Shown here in pieces: positions 58,038 through 64,000 of a stretch of DNA of 64,000 nucleotides. This stretch comes from an uncultured Ignavibacteria bacterium (GTDB taxonomy: Bacteria > Bacteroidota > Ignavibacteria > UBA10030 > UBA6906): NCBI GenBank assembly GCA_963780165.1, contig CAWABB010000001.1:2219591-2283590 (forward strand). The letters run 5' to 3'. A program made the position numbers and the translations under genes. Under the pieces are notes generated by a model, which searched no databases, was not told the origin of the DNA, and was given only the letters and a program-made list of their open reading frames with translations. Position 1 is the stretch's first letter; each line of letters opens with the position of its first letter.

Positions 58038-58610
58038 ATGCGTCATGGTAGCGTCGTGTTCGCCGCGACAGTCGCGGCGCTAATTGTGCTTGCAGGATGT
58101 CAGTCCAAGAAATCAGACGCGTCGGGTTCCGGCGCGGATCTGCTGGGAAAGACCACGGGCACGGTTGCGGGCGTGAAGTGGACGGTGCCGGGTCGCTGGA
58201 CCGCGCAGGCGGAACGACCGATGCGCGTTGCCACGTACACGATTCCCGCGACCGAAGGGGATCAGGAAGGTGCGGAGTGCGTCGTGTCGTTCTTCGGTTC
58301 AGGTCAGGGTGGCCCCGTGGAGATGAACATCGATCGCTGGAAAGGGCAGTTTGAGAAGCCCGAAGAGGTGGCAAGAAACTCCGCAGACGTGAACGGCGTA
58401 CCGGTCACGACCGTCGAGCTTGCCGGAACGTATCTCGCTCCCGGGGGACCGATGATGCAGTCCACCGGGAAGAAGGAGGGCGCGCGGCTCCTCGGGGCGG
58501 TCATCACCGCACCGGAAGGGATGGTGTTCTTCAAGATGACCGGGCCGTCGAAGACGGTCGACGCGGGACGGAAGGAATTCCACGCGATGGTGAATTCGCT
58601 CAGCAAGTAG
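58038..58610 (+). CDS. Hypothetical lipoprotein
   Basis: MRHGSVVFAATVAALIVLAGCQSKK (lipobox). Confidence 0.6.
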   Translation: MRHGSVVFAATVAALIVLAGCQSKKSDASGSGADLLGKTTGTVAGVKWTVPGRWTAQAERPMRVATYTIPATEGDQEGAECVVSFFGSGQGGPVEMNIDRWKGQFEKPEEVARNSADVNGVPVTTVELAGTYLAPGGPMMQSTGKKEGARLLGAVITAPEGMVFFKMTGPSKTVDAGRKEFHAMVNSLSK

Positions 58611-58688
58611 CAGAAACAGCATCTGGGCATCTGAACGCCTCGTCCCCGGTCAGCGCGGGACGGGGCGTTCGTGTTTTGCCGCTCGTGG

Positions 58689-59000
58689 CTACGTCACGGC
58701 CTGAGGTCGCTGCCCGGCCGCGGTGCTCGTCCGGCGCGCGAACTCGACATCCAGCGCGGTGAGCCCCCCGGCGTCGTGCGTCATGAGTTCAATCCGGACT
58801 CTGTTGTAGACGTTCGACCACTCCGGATGATGGTTCATGGACTCCGCGATCAGCGCGACGCTCGTCATGAACCCGAACGCCTGCACGAAATCCTGGAACA
58901 CAAAATCCTTGCGCAGTTTCCCTTCGACCAGCTCCCATCCGGGGATCGAGGGAAGGGTGGCGTAGATCTGATCAGGGGTGAGTTGAGTGCGGGCGGGCAT
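58689..59000 (-). CDS. phhB: Pterin-4a-carbinolamine dehydratase
   Basis: …[28 protein letters not shown]… is the canonical PCD motif. Confidence 0.85.
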   Translation of the reverse strand: MPARTQLTPDQIYATLPSIPGWELVEGKLRKDFVFQDFVQAFGFMTSVALIAESMNHHPEWSNVYNRVRIELMTHDAGGLTALDVEFARRTSTAAGQRPQAVT

Positions 59001-59141
59001 GGCAGTCTCCTCGAGTCGTGATGATGATCTATACAGACGGCGTCGAACAATGTCAAGGCACCGTGGCGCCCCGGGTCCGGTGCATCTCACATCAGGGTTT
59101 GCTATATTGCCCCATTCTCGCACCACGTCGCGGATCCGACC

Positions 59142-60137
59142 ATGTCTTCCCCTCTGATTCTCTCAGGCGATATCGGCGGGACCAAAACCCATCTTGCGGC
59201 CTATGCCAGCAACGGCGACGATCTCATCCCGGTGTTCGAACGCACGTACCGCAGCCGTGATTTCAACGGACTTCCGGCGGTTCTCAAGGCATTGCTCGAT
59301 GAGCGGCCGATGGAGGTCACCGCCGCGGCGTTCGGAATCGCCGGTCCGATCGTCGAATACAGGAGCAAGCTGACCAACCTCGGGTGGGACGTGGACGGGC
59401 AGGAGGTGGCGGACTGCCTCAAGGTGAAGCACGTCGGCCTCCTGAATGACCTCGAGGCGATGGCGTATGGGACGCTCAGGCTGCGAGAGAACGAGCGGGT
59501 CGTACTGCAAAAAGGGAAGCGCCAGGACGGACGGACGATCGCGGTCATCGCCGCGGGCACGGGGCTCGGCGAGGCGGGCTTGCTCTGGGACGGACGCCGC
59601 TATCTTTCGATCCCGACGGAGGGCGGACACAGCGACTTCGGTCCGCGGAACGAACTGGAGATCGAGTTGCTGCGCTTTCTGCTCGGGCGACACAAACGCG
59701 TGAGCTACGAGCGGATTGTGTGCGGACCCGGCCTGAAAAACACCTACGACTTCTTCCGCCACCGGTCGGGTCTACCGGAGCCCGACTGGCTCACCTCCGA
59801 GTTCTCCACCGGTGATCCTGCCGCGGTCATCGCGCGTGCGGGAAGCAACGGCAAGGATGCGGTCTGCAAGGAAACGCTTGACCTCTTTGTTTCGCTCTAC
59901 GGAGCAGAGGCAGGAAACCTGGCGCTCAAGTTATGTTCGACGGGCGGCGTCTTCGTCGGAGGCGGTATTGCCCCGAAGCTCCTCCCGCTCATCCAGCAGG
60001 GCTCTTTCATGCATTCGTTCGTGTTCAAGGGACGCTACCAGCCGCTGCTGGAACAGATGCCTGTGGAGGTGATCTTGAATGAGAAGGCCGGGCTCATCGG
60101 AGCGGCACATTACGCGCAGGTCTTCGAGATGCAGTGA
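59142..60137 (+). CDS. glk: Glucokinase (Glk family)
   Basis: [21 protein letters not shown]… N-terminus like E. coli Glk; ~330 aa. Confidence 0.8.
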   Translation: MSSPLILSGDIGGTKTHLAAYASNGDDLIPVFERTYRSRDFNGLPAVLKALLDERPMEVTAAAFGIAGPIVEYRSKLTNLGWDVDGQEVADCLKVKHVGLLNDLEAMAYGTLRLRENERVVLQKGKRQDGRTIAVIAAGTGLGEAGLLWDGRRYLSIPTEGGHSDFGPRNELEIELLRFLLGRHKRVSYERIVCGPGLKNTYDFFRHRSGLPEPDWLTSEFSTGDPAAVIARAGSNGKDAVCKETLDLFVSLYGAEAGNLALKLCSTGGVFVGGGIAPKLLPLIQQGSFMHSFVFKGRYQPLLEQMPVEVILNEKAGLIGAAHYAQVFEMQ

Positions 60138-60159
60138 CCCCCCGGAGGAGTCCCCCCCC

Positions 60160-61671
60160 ATGCCTACACTCGCGGCCATCGATGTTGGTTCGAACGCCAT
60201 CCGGCTCGCCATCGCCGAGGTGGATGGTAACCAGCTCATCACTGTCGTCAACCTCGTGCGGGAATCTGTCCGACTGGGGCAGGATGTCTTTACCACCTCG
60301 ATGATTTCGGAAGAGACGATCGACAAGGCGGTTCAGTCGTTCAAGAACTTCCGGGAGGCGATTGACCAGGCCGGCGTACGGTGGACACGAGCCGTGGCGA
60401 CGAGCGCGATGCGGGAAGCGCTCAACCGTGACATCTTTGTCGACCGCATTGCCCAGGCATCGGGCATCGATGTCGCCACCATCACCAGCGAGGAGGAAGC
60501 GCGGTTGATCCACCTTGCCGTGGCGCAGCGGATCAGCATGCGGAACAAGGCCGCGCTGCTGGTGGATATCGGCGGCGGCAGCACGGAAGTGACGCTCGCG
60601 ACCGGAGGGAACATCCTCTCCACGGAAAGCTTCAAGATGGGCGCGGTACGGATGCTGCAGCAGCTGGAGGGGAAGAAACACGGCGAGCGACACTTCAATC
60701 AGCTCGTGCAGGAGTACGTGGACGCCACGCAGAAGCGGATCAAGCGGGAGGTCGGCAATCGCACCATCGACCTGTGCGTTGGGACGGGAGGCAACGTGGA
60801 CACGATTGGGGAGCTGCGGAAGCAGATCCTTGGTAAGGATCGGGATACGGTCGTCACGCTCTCCGACCTTGACTCCCTGATCAAGCGCCTGCAGGCCCTC
60901 ACGTACGAGGAGCGGGTCTCGCAGCTGCGCCTACGGCCGGACCGGGCCGACGTGATCGTGCCGGCGGCGGTGATCCTGCAGCAGATCATGAAGCAGGCGC
61001 GGGTCGACGAGGCACAGATTCCGCACGTGGGGCTGAAGGACGGGCTCCTCATCGACATGGTGCAGGAGCTGTACGGCGACAAGCGCGCCCTCAACCGCGA
61101 ACAGGTGATCGCCTCCGCGACACAGCTGGGGCGGAAGTACCTGTTCGACGAGCAGCACGGGACCACCGTGGCGCGGCACGCCGTGGAGCTCTTCGATAGA
61201 ACCCGCAACCTCCACAACCTCTCGCTTGAATACCGGCCTCTGCTGGAAGTGGCGGCACTTCTGCACGACATCGGCAACTTTGTGAACTCCACCGACCATC
61301 ACAAGCACACGCAGTACCTGCTGATGTCGTCGCCGATCGTGGGGCTGACCGAGGATCAGATGTCGCTCGTGTCCAATGTCGCGCGCTACCACCGGAAGTC
61401 GATGCCCAAGCCCCAGCACGACCTGTACCGGATGCTGTCGTCGAAGGACCGGGTGGTAGTGTCGAAGCTGGCGGCAATCCTCAGACTGGCCGACGCGATG
61501 GACAATGAGCACGCGTCAAAGGTCAGCGCTTTCGAGGTGGACTACAGGCGTCCGAAATTCATGGTCCGGCTCCGGGGCGAGGGGGACCTCCTGCTCGAAA
61601 AGTGGTCGCTGATGAAGAAAGCCCAGATGTTTGAAGAAGTATTCAGCGTCCGGTTGGTGCTGGAGGAGTAG
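60160..61671 (+). CDS. ppx: Exopolyphosphatase / guanosine pentaphosphate phosphohydrolase (Ppx/GppA)
   Basis: GGAGGA-N10-ATG. …LAAIDVGSNAIRLAIAEV…VDIGGGSTEV… (ASKHA fold) plus a C-terminal HD-like domain. Confidence 0.88.
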   Translation: MPTLAAIDVGSNAIRLAIAEVDGNQLITVVNLVRESVRLGQDVFTTSMISEETIDKAVQSFKNFREAIDQAGVRWTRAVATSAMREALNRDIFVDRIAQASGIDVATITSEEEARLIHLAVAQRISMRNKAALLVDIGGGSTEVTLATGGNILSTESFKMGAVRMLQQLEGKKHGERHFNQLVQEYVDATQKRIKREVGNRTIDLCVGTGGNVDTIGELRKQILGKDRDTVVTLSDLDSLIKRLQALTYEERVSQLRLRPDRADVIVPAAVILQQIMKQARVDEAQIPHVGLKDGLLIDMVQELYGDKRALNREQVIASATQLGRKYLFDEQHGTTVARHAVELFDRTRNLHNLSLEYRPLLEVAALLHDIGNFVNSTDHHKHTQYLLMSSPIVGLTEDQMSLVSNVARYHRKSMPKPQHDLYRMLSSKDRVVVSKLAAILRLADAMDNEHASKVSAFEVDYRRPKFMVRLRGEGDLLLEKWSLMKKAQMFEEVFSVRLVLEE

Positions 61672-62736
61672 ATGAGGCGCGCCTCATCATCGGGTCGGCG
61701 GTCGGCACCGGGATCCCGGGTCAGGGTGGTGGCTCCGGGACCGCCTGACATCGGGGCTATCCTGATCGCGTCGCTCGAGGAGCGGTGGCACACGTTTCAG
61801 ATGCAGCTCCGCCGCACGCGCCGCAGGAGTACCGAGGCCTCGGTGCACGGCCTGAGAGTGTCAATGCGCCGGCTGATGGCGACCGCTGACATGATCCGCA
61901 CGCTCATTCCGGACGAGGGGCTTGAGAGGACACGGCGGTCGTTGCGGAAGCACCTCAAGGCGTTCAATCGGCTGCGCGATACGCACATCCAGATCCTCGC
62001 GTTGCGCGCACTCGCGCGGGAGTATCCACCGCTTCGTCAGCTTGGTGCGGAATTGCGCACGCGCGAGGCGAAGCTGATCCGCGCGGCGCGCGGGACCATC
62101 GCCTCGATCAAGCCGACGCAGCTGGAGCGCTCGCTGGCAGACGTGTCGGTGCGACTTGGCACGCTCCTGCATCTTCCCGGGATGGAGGGTGTTGCGACGG
62201 CGACTGTCGTCGGAGCGATGGGCGCCGCGTTTGCGCGGGCGTTTGAGTTGCGCCAGCAGGTGAACCCAGGCGACCCTTCGAGCATCCACCGTCTGAGGGT
62301 TGTGTTCAAGAGGTGCCGCTACATGATGGAGGTGCTGCAGCCGATCCTGCCCGGCGTCGACAAGCGCTTCCTGAAATCGCTGAACGCTTATCAGACGCGG
62401 ATGGGTAACATCCAGGATATGCAGGTGATCACGGCGTGCGTGAACAGCTTCACACTGAACAGCCGATACGCGCCGACGCTCTCACTCGTGCCCGTCCAGC
62501 AGCGCCTCGCAGAAATGCGGAAGCTGAGAGTCGACGAGTTCCTCGCCCGTGCGGACGAGCTGTACGCTCTCTGGGGGACGGCGGGAGTCGAGCCGCACAT
62601 CCCCGCATCCCCGGTGGCCAGGCCACGCAGGACGTCACGCGCAGAGAGTGGTCCCGGCGTCGTGCGCAAAGCGCGCACGGCCGTCGCGCGGCGTCCTGCG
62701 CGTCGCAGGATCAGGCGGCGTCCCGCGCGCCACTGA
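61672..62736 (+). CDS. CHAD-domain protein
   Basis: …HGLRVSMRRLMATADM… and …HRLRVVFKRCRYMMEVL… are the conserved-His α-helical motifs. Basic Arg-rich tail. Starts at the ppx stop. Confidence 0.75.
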   Translation: MRRASSSGRRSAPGSRVRVVAPGPPDIGAILIASLEERWHTFQMQLRRTRRRSTEASVHGLRVSMRRLMATADMIRTLIPDEGLERTRRSLRKHLKAFNRLRDTHIQILALRALAREYPPLRQLGAELRTREAKLIRAARGTIASIKPTQLERSLADVSVRLGTLLHLPGMEGVATATVVGAMGAAFARAFELRQQVNPGDPSSIHRLRVVFKRCRYMMEVLQPILPGVDKRFLKSLNAYQTRMGNIQDMQVITACVNSFTLNSRYAPTLSLVPVQQRLAEMRKLRVDEFLARADELYALWGTAGVEPHIPASPVARPRRTSRAESGPGVVRKARTAVARRPARRRIRRRPARH

Positions 62737-62760
62737 CGCACCTTCACCTCAAGGGCTGCA

Positions 62761-63264
62761 ATGGAACTCTACATTCTTCGGCATGGGATTGCCGCCGAGC
62801 GCGGATCCGGGGAGTTTCCGTCGGACAGCCAGCGCCCTCTGACGCCCGATGGCATCAAGAAGTTCAGGCGGATTGTCGGCGCGATGCAATCGCTTGATCT
62901 CACGTTCGATCTGATCCTCTCCAGCCCGTACGCACGCGCGCGGCAAACGGCGGACATCGTGGCCAAGGGCCTCGGCCTGGAGCGCGGGCTCGCGCTCTCA
63001 GCGCTGCTGGAGCCGGGGGCGGACCTGGAGGCGTTGATTGCCGATCTCGCATCACGAAGGAAGGACGCCGAACGTGTCCTCCTCGTGGGCCACGAGCCGA
63101 TGCTGAGCTCGTTGATCTCATTGCTGGTGTCAGGCGAAGCCGACCTCGAGATCACGCTCAAGAAGGGCGGGCTCTGTAAGCTCGCGATCCGCACCATGTC
63201 ACCGGGTCGGTGCGCCACGCTCGAGTGGCTCCTCACGCCCAAGCATCTTGCAGCCATCCGGTAG
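62761..63264 (+). CDS. sixA: Phosphohistidine phosphatase SixA
   Basis: MELYILRHGIAAE… (RHG catalytic motif) …LLVGHEPML…. Confidence 0.85.
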   Translation: MELYILRHGIAAERGSGEFPSDSQRPLTPDGIKKFRRIVGAMQSLDLTFDLILSSPYARARQTADIVAKGLGLERGLALSALLEPGADLEALIADLASRRKDAERVLLVGHEPMLSSLISLLVSGEADLEITLKKGGLCKLAIRTMSPGRCATLEWLLTPKHLAAIR

Positions 63265-63446
63265 GGTCGCGACGTCTGCGCCAGGTCGCCGCGTTGCATC
63301 CCGACCCTTCGCCTGGCCCCATACAACCCCCGCTTCAGTCGCGCGCCTGCACCCCAGCTCACGTCCGGTTTCATTGATTTTCCTGGCCAACTTTCGTACT
63401 ATACAAATCAAGCAAATTTTCGCGATTCCACTTCGAACTGACGCGC

Positions 63447-64000
<554 letters not shown>

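Overview
This is a GC-rich chromosomal window (strong G/C preference at third codon positions) carrying about 60 genes densely packed on both strands, plus three tRNA genes. I found no CRISPR array, transposase, integrase or phage gene. Shine-Dalgarno-like AGGAGG/GGAGG motifs sit upstream of several genes (moxR, ppx, DUF457, BNR protein). Together with at least five secreted proteins ending in a type-IX-secretion C-terminal sorting domain (…NYPNPFNP…VY…RL…, ending LLLK or MVLVR), this points to a T9SS-bearing FCB-group-like bacterium rather than a canonical Bacteroidia.

Gene content, in order:
- Housekeeping: serS (5' partial), a heterodimeric ABC exporter pair, fbp, a CpoB/YbgF-like TPR lipoprotein.
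- The conserved TPR–DUF4292–M23(EnvC-like) envelope cluster, directly followed by a CHASE2-sensor σ54 enhancer-binding protein.
- A Spy/CpxP-like protein, a HlyD-type adaptor and a MacB/FtsX permease, then a GT2 glycosyltransferase.
- A four-gene cluster of unknown function: two lipoproteins, a fusion of a FadL/PorV-like outer-membrane protein to a transglutaminase-like cysteine-protease domain, and a FecR-like protein. It is preceded by a partial σ54 −24/−12 match.
- T9SS cargo proteins: PQQ sugar dehydrogenase, M28 peptidase, DUF1501, a BNR/Asp-box β-propeller protein, and a zinc-PLC/S1-P1-like protein.
- A propeller/Y_Y_Y sensor kinase with a standalone REC and a REC-PP2C phosphatase.
- ettA, truA, a DUF1800/DUF1501 pair.
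- A tRNA-flanked segment holding an arsR–thioredoxin–DUF318 permease–TlpA–CcdA thiol-redox operon and an atypical orphan SAM methyltransferase.
- GT87/DUF2029, several hydrolases, a GH9 endoglucanase fused to a CE4-like deacetylase, pterin dehydratase.
- A polyphosphate cluster glk–ppx/gppA–CHAD–sixA, then moxR (3' partial).

Most worth follow-up:
1. The CHASE2–TM–σ54-AAA+ (GAFTGA) activator appended to the cell-wall cluster.
2. The uncharacterised envelope cluster at 17.4–22.2 kb with its OM-barrel/transglutaminase fusion and possible σ54 promoter.
3. A Tat-signal DUF1501 protein that also carries a T9SS C-terminal domain.
4. A degraded 5'-nucleotidase gene remnant.
5. The atypical methyltransferase.

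All functional calls are from motif recognition by eye. No database search was run.
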